A stretch of DNA of 64,000 nt, taken from assembly GCA_012295275.1 (NCBI GenBank), contig CM022678.1:15872001-15936000 (forward strand). The letters are read 5' to 3'. The stretch comes from Chrysomallon squamiferum. Taxonomy: Eukaryota > Animalia > Mollusca. Each line of letters begins with the position of its first letter. Within the stretch, counting starts at the first letter, position 1. The translations under genes were made by a program, and so were the position numbers. Under the pieces are notes generated by a model. It made no database searches. It was not told the DNA's origin and saw only the letters and a program-made list of their open reading frames with translations. Of this stretch, positions 1 through 12,866 are shown in pieces.

Positions 1-356
1 CCCATGTCCTTTTTCAGTGAGAAAAATTTAGTTCTGTGCCGCTCCTCACTCTATCTCTCTCTTTGATTGTGTATGAATGTGTGTGTGTGTGTGTGTGTGT
101 GTTTGTGTTTCTTCTCTACGTAATTCTCTTTCATTGCTTACCTCTTTTTATATATCTTTCTCTCTTTAAGTAGCTCATTTTCTCCCTTACTTTCTCACTC
201 TTACTTTCTCTCTCTCACTTTCTCATTCTTTTTCTTTCATTCTCTCTCTTTCTCTCAGTTTCTCACTGTCTCACTCTCCTTTACTGACAGTGTCATTACT
301 ACATCATTTTATGTTATGTCTATCTGTAATTATCTTTTTCCTGTGAAACCAAATAG

Positions 357-385
357 ATTTGGACACAGGCAAGTCTCTTACACAG
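357..385 (+). CDS. Candidate 29-nt micro-exon of G1 ((D)LDTGKSLTQ), phase 1 in, phase 0 out
   Basis: AG at 355-356 follows a pyrimidine-rich intron and CAG|GTACAG is a possible donor at 386. The phase-0 exit fits the phase-0 acceptor at 1607. The donor is weak and other readings, such as the last exon of an upstream gene, are possible. Confidence 0.3.
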
Positions 386-606
386 GTACAGGTTCCTGGG
401 TACCACTCCAGCAATCAGCAGAAATGGACTGACATCCAGCCACTCTGAATATACCAACTATCATCATGGAACTGCCCTTTATAATTTGTTTATCACCAAT
501 AATGTGACCACTTACTTTAATGTATCAGCAAAAAAATGAAACAACTGTTTAACTATTTAGTTTCAAGAGTTTATTTGAATTTTATTGTTGTTGATTTCTT
601 TGGTTT

Positions 607-656
<50 letters not shown>

Positions 657-1606
657 ATTCTTATTTTTGGTTTTGTTGTGTTTTGGGTTTTTTTTAATCA
701 CCTTACTGTATTAAATAATATTTTTTACTTCTATTATTGTTAACACACACGCACACACAAACAGACACACACACAGACACACAAATATACACACACAAAA
801 TTTAATAGTTCACTGTAAATGCACATTAGTTTCTTACTACTAATAAAAACATTTAAAAAATGTGTAAAGTTAATATCAGTTAAGTAGCTAATGTGAGCAG
901 AATGAAATATTAATGTCTGAGTATGGCAGATTAAGCAGCTGAGAAATGTTAAGTCACAAGATTATGAGAAACGTAACATACACTCTCAGTGACTTGCTTT
1001 GTTCACCTTATTTACCACTTCTTAACAATGTCTGTAATATAAGTATGTCTAACAAATTCATACACTCTGTTAAGTTTTTGTTTGCTTTATCTACTTGCTC
1101 GGAGTATCTGTAAAATAATGCTAAATGTCTAATAAACTTGTACACAGTGTTTTTAACAGTTTCATATAGGTTTTCACCTTGTTCACGGGTTTTTGAGCAT
1201 GACTAATGCAAATGTGCGACGTGTCTAATGAATTCAAACATTAACTTTATTTTTGATTTTTATTTGCTTCTTTTGTTTAACACATTATCGACTGGTTTCT
1301 AAGATCATTGGAATATATGTGTGTGTAACAAATAAATATTTACTGTAGTGTTAACAATTTTATGTGAGATAAAACTTTTTTTATTCACTACTGCTGTTGT
1401 TTTATGAAAGCTTCTTTATCACCATAAATTTCTGTTTCTTACATTTTATATATATATATATATGTATGTATGTATGTATGAATGTATGTATGTATGTTTG
1501 TGTGTATGTATGTATATATGTGTCTGTATGTGTCTGTGTGTGTATACATACATACATACATACACATACACACCTAATCATTTGTTTATATTTTCTTTTT
1601 TCACAG

Positions 1607-3381
1607 AGTGCCAGCTCAGAGATAAATGAACTTTTTAAAGGCAATGATCACGAGTCACCAGAAAATGTGCCGGACGAGCAGACGTCAGAGACGAAGTCGC
1701 AGGTCGACACTGACTCCGAGGCCGAAGCTGTCATCGAAATCTGCAAACAGCCGCAGCACATCGAGAACGACATCGAGACAACCATCACGGAATTCCTCGA
1801 TGAGTTCGGTCCCTTCTTCTCCACTGAGGTGACGGGAAATGCGTTCATAACGAGGAAGCTGCAGGACAAGCTGGTGAAGATCTCTCAGTGGATTGGCGGC
1901 AAGCTGCAGTCAGAGAGAGACGGCTGGGCTAACAAGCTCAAAATGGCCATGCAGGAAATCGAGAACCAGCGCAAGTCTGCTCTGCAGTCCTCGGCTGTCA
2001 TCCAGGAATGCTGTGAACAACTTCATCTCCTTCTGGAATGTTTCAACGTCAGTGACCTGCTTCTTCAGAGGCTGCCCAAGGATGACCTGGGGGCAGCGCT
2101 TCAGAAAGAGGTGGAAATTTTGGTCGATGTGTGTAATATTGTGATGGAAGACAGGTTCCAGAGTCTGCACATTCTGGGGATGTCAGAAGATACCACGACC
2201 AGTCTGGCAGAAGTGCTAGGAAGTGAACTGTCCAAGATGAATGAGGAGCTGAAGAAATTAGAAGTGGACTCTGCTGCAATACAGAAAAAACTGGAAGCAG
2301 AAAACGTTCAGCTGCAGAAAGAGATTACAAAAATGAAACAACTTATCTCCCAGAAGGAAAAAGATATTGAACTATTTCAAGAGCAGCTAAGTGAGATTAA
2401 CAAAATAGTGTATGGTGAGGAGATGTTAGTGAAACCCACGAATGGAAGTGCCAATGATAAAACTAAAAGCCAAAGTAAAACTAACAGCTCAGTAAAACAG
2501 TCTAGTCAGAACTCTCAGCAGCCAAAATACACATCTTTTGTAAAACACAACAAACCTACCATCTACCACTTGGATCCCATTCACCACAGTAACACAAACA
2601 CTTCCAAAGTGACAACAGTCCAGTCCAACTCAGATGTCAACAGCCAGCAAACCAAAGAAAATAAACCACAAAACAGTATTACTGCGGGTACACAGACCTC
2701 TGTCATTCAGGCCATATTTCCTCCAATGATACAAATCTCTGAAGAAAAACTCAACATTTTAAAACAGAGAGCCAGGAAGCTTGAGGAATCGCTTCATGAT
2801 GCTATCACAAGTATGGAAATGCTCCGCAAAACTGCCAAAACTAATGACAGCATCTCCATGGAATGCAATGTCGATCTGGGCCGGTCAAGTCCTCCAGGGA
2901 GTACAAAACGAAGCGAGGCTGTCTGGAGACACTGGACAAGGACTGGAAGAAGGCAACGTTTGAGGTCAAGGGTGCTCACACAGCCTCTGTGTCATCCTAC
3001 GAAGTTCTTCCCAAACTGAACAAACCAAGAGACCTGACAAAAAGACGCTGCCAGTCTGAGAAGATCGCTCCTTCGTCTGACACGTGTAAAACACCTAAAC
3101 AAACTTCTGTCCACACAGAAGAACAGACAGACGCTCTTGCCAAACTCAGAGCTTATCACAGACCGAAAAATGGCTTTGGCAAAGTGTCCAAGTGCTTTCG
3201 ATGCCAGAAACTTTTTCGTACCACAGACAACCATAAGCTCGCTTGCTGTTTTCATTCTAAAGGAAAAGAAAGAGCTGAGAAGTATTCTGAAGATGGCAGA
3301 CTGTTGAAAGTGACGTACATCTGGAGGTGCTGTAATCAAGAGATGGATGCTGAAGGGTGTTGTACAGGACCTCACATGTGA
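1607..3381 (+). CDS. G1: large 3' exon of an uncharacterised protein (shared helical core, coiled coil, low-complexity linker, C-terminal CHORD/BTK-like Cys/His zinc finger); 5' exons upstream; interrupted by a -1 frameshift
   Basis: Acceptor ttttcttttttcacag| at 1606. The ORF-track N-terminus 1397-1606 is intronic microsatellite. Frame A is open 1607-3019 and frame B is open 2848-3381, ending CFRCQKLF..N...ACCFHSKG..WRCC..GCCTGPHM. Clear paralogy with G2 in both core and finger. Confidence 0.8.
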
Positions 3382-3702
3382 TCAGTCTTCAAAGCCTTAG
3401 GGGTTTATTATGTTTGCACATAATTACAAAGGAATATCTTACAGTTATCAAACAGCACTTTAGGTTTCAAACGTACTGTATTTGGAATATTATAAAAGGA
3501 AAACAACTAGTTAATTTCCTTGCTACAGGACAAAGGCAGGATTCTCATTTGTGTCATCTCTGTACATGATTATCTAATAAACAATAGCAACATGGCTCAA
3601 ATATTAATAAAAATATGATTTCTGTAACTTTCAAGATCTAATATCAAGTTTCATTATAACCAATAAAATAATGATCAGCAAATATAGAAATATGCAATAG
3701 AA

Positions 3703-3704
<2 letters not shown>

Positions 3705-3771
<67 letters not shown>
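3705..3771. repeat. (CT)n microsatellite
   Basis: Pure CT dinucleotide run. Confidence 0.95.
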
Positions 3772-3774
<3 letters not shown>

Positions 3775-5919
3775 ATTTTAACAAATTTTTATATTTTCAG
3801 GCACTGAACAGAATTATAGCTTTTTGGAACTAATCTATTTTTACTTTGATAAATTACTTGTTATTTAGAAATAATTATATATTATTCAAAGCTACTTCTT
3901 TAATTCAATCTTAAATCTTAAAAGAGCATTCTGAAATAAGTTTTTAACTTAAAATAAAAATAACATATAAATTGCTGTTATTTAAAAAAGAATTTTGATG
4001 AATAGTTTTTGTAGGTGAAAATATGATGAATATTCATGACTCCACAGTGGTGAACTGAGAAATAAAACAAAATTAACTTCATTTAATTTTTCTATTATTC
4101 AAATAAACAAAAGCAGCATGTCAAAGAAGTAACCATAAAAAACATTAGTGACCACTCAGTCTGATATGGCTTTTTGTTATGGTGATGTACAGACTGAAAT
4201 TCCACTTTATATAATATTTTCCTATACTTGTATATATGTATAATAACTTATTCGTTGTGCTTGTGTGTATGGAGTGTGTGATAAACAAAAAAAAAAATCA
4301 AAACAGATTAATCAAAACAGTGCTGTCATTCAATTTTAACAATGAATATGAGAGCAAATACATTATGTTCTGAATACACTGGTTTGAGAAAAATGATTGT
4401 AACCAAATAAAAATATTTTTAAAAGTCTTCAGTTTCTTCAGTTTCATGCCTTTTTTCTACCTACTATTATAAACTATGACAATATCATGTCAGGGTTTGA
4501 ACAGAACATAGTAAATTTATTTACATGGATGTATGTAAGTATGTGTGTGTGTTTAGGCAAGTCATAAAAACATCATAAGCATGTCCAACAGCATAGAAGT
4601 ATACTGTATACATCATGTAAAGGCATGCTATTTTTTAAATTCATATACACATGTTCATCTATCTTATAACACACACACCTCCAAAACATGCACAGACACA
4701 CATAAACTGCATACTCAGACAACACATAGACATAAAAAAACAATACACACACACACACCACGAACACACATGCACACACAAATAAACCCTTAATTCATAA
4801 CTCTTACACAGGCAAACTGTGGACCAAGTACCATTAGTGGATTTTCTTTTTTGTCTGGGATTGTTTATTTGTTATTGTTGTTGTTGTTGTTTTTAATTCT
4901 TTTTTTTTAATTTTAATTTTTTATTTTTTTTTTTGTTGTAATAAATGATAAATAAAAATAAAAATATTAATATCTTATAATCAAGAGTCATTAACATTTG
5001 AACCCTTTTATTTTTAATCTTTCAGTAAAGGACAACAGTAATGGAATAAAATATAAAAAGTAACACACACACACACACACACACACAGACAGGAAATATA
5101 AGTATATAAATATAGTGTGTTATTATGGTCACTGTTATTGTAACTTGATTTTCTTTCTTTTATTTCTTTTTTCTTCTTGTAAGAAGATAACATTTTGGAT
5201 AAAGATTCATTTGTATGAGGACTCAGTCTAAATAGTAAATTCATTGTAATTATCATCACTGTAACTTAAGAAACACACAAAAAGAAAAAAGAAAATGAAT
5301 AAAATTGAAATATAAATAAATTTGAATGGTTATTTAGTGTCATGCTTGTATTTTGAAAATTATTATTATTATTATATGTAAACAATTTGTATCAAATTAG
5401 AAACATGGATTTTTGTATAATTAATTTGAGTTGTAGAGAAAACATGATAAAAAACAATCAGAGAACATTTTCTAGAACTGGAAATAGTTTAATGAAACAC
5501 TAAAGAGTACTGTTTGGTTCCATAATTCAGTTACCACAAGCAACAACTTAACTTTGTGTAAAAACCATCAGCTGTTATTAATAATACAATGGCTAGCTTT
5601 TATTTATTTTTTAAAGGCAACAACAATAACAAACAAACAACAAAAGTAAACATCTTATTTCACCATTTAGAATAAAAATAAAAAAATAAATAAAATAAAA
5701 TAAAACTGGATGAACAAAAACACCAGCCACATAACACAATTAAATAACAAATAATAAATAAATCTTTTATATTATTTTCTTTTCTTTCCATTTTTTATCC
5801 ACAATAATGTAAGTGATAATATACTCTATAGTGCATCCACTGTTAAATTGCCTACACACATATACGTACACACTTGCTATAGAACACATACACATGCATA
5901 CACAAATAATTTTAATTTT

Positions 5920-5920
<1 letters not shown>

Positions 5921-5962
<42 letters not shown>

Positions 5963-6132
5963 TATATAAGTATACACAAATTAAAATACCTAAAACACAA
6001 TAAGCTGACATTAACAAACTGATCTCAGTCACACACACACACACACACACACACACAGATATATAAGTATAAGTACACAAATTAAAATACCTAAAACACA
6101 ATAAGCCGACATTAACAAACTGATCTCAGTCA
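5921..6132. repeat. Tandem duplication of a roughly 105-bp unit anchored on (CA)n
   Basis: (ca)n-gatatataagtat..cacaaattaaaatacctaaaacacaataagc[t/c]gacattaacaaactgatctcagtca occurs twice in tandem. Confidence 0.9.
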
Positions 6133-7963
6133 TCAAAAGCACAGCAAGGTGTCATAAAAAGCAATACGTTAGTAATTTATCTCGATACACCTTATTCAAC
6201 AGACGAAAGTCTTTTTTCCTCAGAGTGTAAACACGTGTGTCAAAGCAAGCAGAACGAATGATTAACAACAAAAGAATTACACAAAGATTTCACTGCCAAC
6301 TGCAAAGCCTGGCTCAACATTAAAACATAACCTCTACAATAAGTATATGAATAAATCCCTTTTACTGGGTAGTTGTAGTATTAGCTACTCCTTTTAGTAC
6401 ATGCTTGGCCATGTTTTATACCTCTGGTCAACGTTTGGAATGACTGGAACATCCAAATATTGTTGTTATTGTTGTTGGTATTGCTGTTTTTGTGATGTTG
6501 TGAACAGAGAAACAGCCAGGATTTTACGATATTGTTTCTGTGGTAAGTTATTAACATGGATTTGTATGTTTGTCTAAATTAGTGTTTGGTATTTGAAAAA
6601 GATTTGCTTTCCTTTTTATTTAGAGTGTAAGTGAATGTATCTTGGTAACCCTCTTATTCTCTAATTATATCTACACATAAACACATACATATACATTTGA
6701 TTTTTATTTTTCTTTGTAATTTTATTGTTTATATTTTTTATTACTTTCTTTTATTAATTTATTTATTTTTATTAGTTTAAAAAAAAAAAATTAAATATTA
6801 TTAAACTTGTTTGTGAATTGTTAGAATGAAAATATTTACATTAAAAAGTAGTTATATATATATATTTTAACAACAGGCAAAGATCACAGTGCCTTAATTA
6901 TCTGTCCTACTTTCTCTGTTGTTAATAATAATAATAATAATAATAGTAATAATAATACTAAATAATAATAACAATGATAACAACCAATATAATAATAGTA
7001 AGAAGAAGAACAATAATGATAATGAGGATTATGATGATAATAATAGCAAATGTGATATGATGATGATGATGACAATTATAAAAGTGTTCTTATAATATAG
7101 CATTTTCAGTTGGAAAATTATTCATAATATTCAGATCACAACTACAGTGCATTATTATAGTCTCAAAATTTCCTATATAGTTAGGAAATTGTAAACAAAA
7201 AAAAGATTATTTATAAAATTGTCAAATAGTTTTCACACACATATATAAGCCATATAACACACACACACACACACACCTACATGCACACACACACACACAC
7301 ACACACACCTACATGCACACACACACACATACACACACACACACACACCTGTATCTACTTGCTGCTTATTATCACTTCTTTGAAATTATAAAATATTGTT
7401 TATCTATTTTTTCAGATATAAATAATTTATGAGGATAAAACAACACTACCAGACAAAGGATCTGAAGCATCAAGCCAAAAATATAAAAGGATGAAAAGTT
7501 AAATAAAAAAAATTAAAGTTTCAATTCCCCAAAACTTGACTGCATCTGATAACTAGAATATAAACAAAATATTTATATTTTTTTAAATAATTAACATTAA
7601 AAAATATTTTATTATATTTCTAAATAAATAAATAACTTAATTAATTAATATACAAATAAATAAATAAATAAAACATCTTTGTAATCTTGTTTTTGATCTA
7701 TTTGAAACTTAAAAAAGAACTGAAACTTTATTAAACCTTGTAATGCAGAAATGTCAAAATGCCTGCTGCATAAATAACTTTAAAAAAATAATCAACTTAA
7801 TTACATAAATAAGCATTGATATCAATATAACAATAAAGAATATAAATTAAAGCAGTATGGTTAAAAAAATAAATATTGTAAAAAGACAATAACCACAAAA
7901 AAAAAAAAAAAACAACAGCCTCAACCCACAGCATCATCATCATCATCGTCATCATCAACAACA

Positions 7964-9019
7964 ATGATGAACAAACACCATTACCACAAATACAGCAGCA
8001 ACTCTCCTGACACTGACTGCTACATAGATGACGACATTCAGCACAGCATTCAGAAACTGTTCAACGCCAGGATTCAGAGCTCATGCACCACCCCCGAGTC
8101 AGGAGAGTGTGAACAGAACCACGAAGACTTTAACCTGGAGGCCTCTCTCTGCTGCCTGGTGCAGCAGGAGCGAAACCTGTGGAAGGACAAGCTGCAGGCG
8201 TCGCTGCAAGAGATAGACAAATACCACAGAGAGTCGCTGGCAGTGAGAATGGCTCTTCAGAAGATGGTCACAGACATTGGTCTGGCTTCGGCTAATGACT
8301 ACGAAGATGACTGTTCTAACTGGGGGACCACCAGTGATCTGCTTAAGTGTTTGAAACAGTACATTAACATGTCAAGTTCGGCAAGAGACAGACCAGTGCC
8401 TACGATCAAGGACATGAAAACGGAGCAAGAAATATCCAAGCTGAAGGCCACGATATCTGTCCTTCGTCAGGAGAAGGTGACAAACCAAGAGACTATTCTA
8501 AAACAGAGCAAACAAATAAGCTGGTTGAACAAAGAAGGCAATCAAATGAAAATTCAGCTCCATAAGTTAAGGAACATTGTTCGAAACTATAACGAATCTC
8601 ACTCTTCCAAATTCCACCTCGATCAAGTGGAATCGTACAAAAATTCTCCAGCTCAAAAGACTCCGAGAGTGGACTCTCTGCCCCATGAGAGGACTTACAC
8701 GGAGGGTGAGCTTGTCTCCTATCCCAGCCCCTCTGTTGAGGGAGAGGTGATGAAGGCACGACTCAAACAGAAAATTGAGTGTAAAGGGCTGACAGGACAG
8801 AAGGTCAGTCCTCGTGTGATGATTTCTCAGTGTCTGCGTTGTCAGAAACTGTTCAAGCAGGGAGAGAACAGTTCAATGGCGTGTCGCTTTCACAAAAAGG
8901 GCAGGGAAATAAAAGAGCAGTATGACGAAACAGGAAAGCTGATAAAAGTGGTGTATAAATGGGCTTGCTGTAAGAAGGTTTTAGACATGCCTGGATGTAC
9001 GTACGGACACCATGTGTGA
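7964..9019 (+). CDS. G2: 351-aa single-exon CDS; shared helical core, coiled coil and C-terminal CHORD/BTK-like Cys/His zinc finger
   Basis: Intact ORF with coding-like codon use. C-terminus CLRCQKLF..N...ACRFHKKG..WACC..GCTYGHHV. VQQERNLWKDKLQASLQEIDK aligns with G1 LQSERDGWANKLKMAMQEIEN. A probable 5' UTR intron spans 6543 (GTAAGT) to 7415 (ttttttcag). Confidence 0.85.
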   Translation: MMNKHHYHKYSSNSPDTDCYIDDDIQHSIQKLFNARIQSSCTTPESGECEQNHEDFNLEASLCCLVQQERNLWKDKLQASLQEIDKYHRESLAVRMALQKMVTDIGLASANDYEDDCSNWGTTSDLLKCLKQYINMSSSARDRPVPTIKDMKTEQEISKLKATISVLRQEKVTNQETILKQSKQISWLNKEGNQMKIQLHKLRNIVRNYNESHSSKFHLDQVESYKNSPAQKTPRVDSLPHERTYTEGELVSYPSPSVEGEVMKARLKQKIECKGLTGQKVSPRVMISQCLRCQKLFKQGENSSMACRFHKKGREIKEQYDETGKLIKVVYKWACCKKVLDMPGCTYGHHV

Positions 9020-9515
9020 CAGTTCTGGTTTTAAAACAAACTGAATGTTGAAGCCTAGACTGGGATCAATTCAGAAAAGAAAAATTCAAAGCAAAGTTTT
9101 ATTGCTGTCAGTTAATAACCTTGTATTTCTATCAGTTAACAATGCTAGCTAAAACAAAAGCCAGCTGTAGCTGATGTGATGCTGAAATGTTTCTTCTCTG
9201 AATATTCTAATGATAGGCTTTTGTAAAAGGAATGTTTTGTACACCGACAGATACACCAAAGTTGAAAAGAAAGCATGAAAAGAATCTCTACTTGTTATTA
9301 ATTAAAATAGTGTTTTAGTACAGTACTATCTTGTTCTGTGTGTTTGTTTATTTCAAAGGCTTTCACACACATATATTTTTAAAATCAAGTGGATGAAATA
9401 ATTTAAAGTCTTTCCTGACACCCATTTTCACAAAATGTATATAAATTATTGTATTTGTACTCATAACAGTCTTGATGTGCACTGTTCAGATAACTGCTTG
9501 TGTTATTCTTCTTAA

Positions 9516-9762
9516 CCCTTTTAGTGCCACTGGCAAAATATTTCAACATGCTTCAAACTGCCTTTGGCTGGATATCCTGACATAATGCACAGGCTTATCT
9601 TAAGCTAGTTTCATTTCATTTTCTTATGTCATTATGCAAAAAATAGAGTACTATGTTGTTGTTGTTTCATTTTTTTTGTGTGTATATTCAGTAGGGTTAA
9701 TTTTCCAAAAATACCTGGCACTGGGAAATATGTGCTGGTCTAAAAATGTGGTGCCAAAAGGG
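9516..9762. mobile_element. Possible piggyBac-like MITE
   Basis: TTAA|CCCTTTTAGTGCCAC at the left end and GTGGTGCCAAAAGGG|TTTAA at the right: imperfect TIRs beginning CCCTT with TTAA-like flanks. Confidence 0.5.
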
Positions 9763-11079
9763 TTTAATGCATTCCAGTCAATAAACTGGTTATGTTCACA
9801 TTAACAGTTTTATTGTTATATTCAGTGTTATAATTGTATCATTCAAACTGACTGATAATTATTAGATTGGTGCTACTGCATGACAAATATGTAGTAATTC
9901 CAATGTAAAAAGCATATAAAAACATCTTAAAAAAAAATTAAATATACAAAATAATTGTTTGAATTTTTATGTTTAGAAATTAATTATGAATGTGTTTGAT
10001 GAATTTAGTATAAAAAGCATGAACATCATTGTGAAAATGTTTTGTTTTTACTGTTAAATAATTTTATTGCACAAATTTTCTTAAAGCTATTTCCCTTTTA
10101 TTGTATTCAGTTTTTATTTGATAGATAACAATAAGAAAATATTGACTAGTAAATTTAAATTGCTTTTTGTACTTAAGGTAAATCATTTTCTGAAAGGATG
10201 ATCAATTAATTTACTTATGTTTTGGATTATTTATTTATTTAATCAAATTGTAAGCAGGAATTTTTATTTGTATTTTTGTATCATTTATTTTCATTTTCAT
10301 TTTTTTTTATCATATGCATCATTATCAAGTAGATCAAGTATCATAAAATATCAATAAATATTTATGTATGTATGTATGTATCTCTGTACTGTTATTAATG
10401 TTATTAGAAAATATTTTTTTGGTTATAAATGTAAGTTATTTAGAATACAATATTATTTTTTATATATTATATAAAATATACAAAATATAAAAATGAGATT
10501 CAGCTGTTTATTGTTTACAAAATGTTTGTGTGTCTATATGTGTGTGTGTGTGATGTGTGTTTGTGTGTGTGTACATGTGCGTGTGTTTCTAATTAATATT
10601 AATGCTATAAATATTTGGAAAGTTATAAGATAACATAGATTTTTGTTTTGTTGTTGTGGCAACTGTAGCTGTGTCACCAAATCATAAAAACTGAGTGCAT
10701 TTAATATTCCTATACCTTTCTCCTATATATACCTATATATATATACACACACACACACATACACACACACATATTTTAATATATATTGTCTATGTAAACT
10801 ATGCATATGTGTATGTAATAACACATATATGCATACAAGCACAGACACACATATATAAATGTGTATGTGTTCTTGAAAAATATTTTTATTTATGAATAAT
10901 GTATAATTTGGTTGTTTTAGATTATGAGAGATATATCAGTGACTAATTAGTATTTGAGTTCAGCATGCAGGTCAAACTAATCTCTATATTTTAACTTATT
11001 ACATAAACAAAGTGAGGCATGAACCAACTGTTTATCTTGTACACGCTATCAGTAATTGTTAGCATTCTCAACAAATCAG

Positions 11080-11114
<35 letters not shown>

Positions 11115-11579
11115 ATTGTCATAAAGTAATGTCTCTGTTCCCAGGATTGAATAACATCTGATATTGTACCACTAAGCTGGAGTCTGTCAACAGTTAAAAT
11201 CTTAAATGAACTTTGCCATGGATCACTAGTACACAAGTCCTATTCTATGGGTCACTAATTATAGGTGTTTTTTTTTTTTGCCTTTTCTGCAGGTTGCTAA
11301 TACAGCCTTCCTCAGACACTCCAGAATCTTGTCAAAGATCTGTACGCTTCCAGTGCAGGAGACAAACAACTCAAATGTCTAACAAGTTAATGTAGCCATT
11401 CTTATCTGAGATGGCTAAAAAGACAGCCAGTTCAGTTAAGTGATTAGCTGTGTCGTGTAGGTAGCAGATAGGTATCGAAGTAATGTACGTCACACCTTCT
11501 TCTTAGACTCATTACGCAACATGTTCATGACACAAGCATAAGTTTAACACGAACATAATTATCCAGATATGTTCCATAT

Positions 11580-11684
11580 AATTTATTATTCTTATTATTC
11601 TTATTATTGTTATTATTATTTATTATTATTATTATTTTTATTATTATTTATTATTTATTATTATTATTGTTATTATTGTTATTA

Positions 11685-11758
<74 letters not shown>

Positions 11759-11785
11759 TTTTATTTTTATTTTTTTTTATTTATT
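11580..11785. repeat. (ATT)n / (TTG)n low-complexity microsatellite
   Basis: Long trinucleotide run; source of the spurious poly-Y and poly-L ORFs. Confidence 0.95.
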
Positions 11786-12055
11786 AATAAGATTGCATTT
11801 TAAATTGTATCTGGGTTTATTAGCTATAAGAATTGATTATAATAATACTAACAAATATAATAATATTATAATATATATATTATTTAAAAAAATCATCAGT
11901 CTAAATAATAAATCTTATTACTAGTATTACATAAAAATTATCATAATAATAATTATAAAATATTGTCAAAAAGGTTTATAAAATTACCATTATAATAATA
12001 ATAATAATAAATAATCATTTGCCATCCTTTCAAAATAAAAAGTGACCATAATAAG

Positions 12056-12062
<7 letters not shown>

Positions 12063-12143
<81 letters not shown>
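12063..12143. repeat. (GA)n microsatellite
   Basis: Pure GA run. Confidence 0.95.
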
Positions 12144-12145
<2 letters not shown>

Positions 12146-12281
12146 ACATATATAAGAAGAGAAGTGAAATAATAATAAAATAAAAATAAAAATAAATAAA
12201 TAAATAAATAAGTGAATAAATAAATTTTATAAATTTCATAAAAATCATCAAAACTGACACTAAAAAGAATCTATAGAATTT

Positions 12282-12866
12282 ATGTTTCTAAAGCCCACCC
12301 TACAGTACCTATGTTTTCAAACCCCAGCCTACAGACACCATGTTTTCAAACCCCACCCTAAAGAACCCATGTTTTCAAACCCACCCTACAGTACCTATGT
12401 TTTCAAACCCCACCCTACAGACACCATGTTTTCAAACCCCACCCTACAGAACCCATGTTTCTAAATCCCACCCTACAGAACCCATGTTTTCAAACCCCAC
12501 CCTACAGACACCATGTTTTCAAACCCCACCCTACAGACACCATGTTTTCAAACCCCACCCTACAGACACCATGTTTTCAAACCCCACCCTACAGTACCTA
12601 TGTTTTCAAACCCACCCTACAGAACCCATGTTTTCAAACCCCACCCTACAGAACCCATGTTTTCAAACCCCACCCTACAGTATCTATGTTTTCAAACCCA
12701 CCCTACAGAACCCATGTTTTCAAACCCCACCCTACAGTACCTATGTTTTCAAACCCCACCCTACAGTACCTATGTTTTCAAACCCACCCTACAGAACCCA
12801 TGTTTTCAAACCCCACCCTACAGACCCCATGCTTTCAAACCCCACCCTACAGAACCCATGTTTTCC
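12282..12866. repeat. 28/29-bp minisatellite, about 20 copies
   Basis: Unit ATGTTTTCAAACCC(C)ACCCTACAG followed by AACCC, ACACC or TACCT. It produces open frames in several phases, so those ORFs are not treated as genes. Confidence 0.95.

Noticed and set aside
1397-1606. N-terminal 70 aa of the 540-aa ORF
   Set aside because: Translation of intronic (TATG)n/(CA)n microsatellite upstream of a clear splice acceptor at 1606.
1650-2200. CpG/GC3-rich core-coding segments as a sign of horizontal transfer or unmethylated genes
   Set aside because: The genes have normal spliceosomal introns and local paralogs, and CpG observed/expected could not be quantified by eye.
5014-5259. Minus-strand exon-like stretch (RLSPHTNESLSKMLSSYKKKKEIKERK)
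   Set aside because: A possible acceptor exists but there is no recognisable homology or partner exon, and it runs into microsatellite; it cannot be tied to CCDC73.
11293-11530. Exon-like, less AT-rich segment after a strong acceptor (ttttctgcag)
   Set aside because: All frames stop quickly and no protein motif is visible; it may be a UTR or non-coding exon but this cannot be supported.
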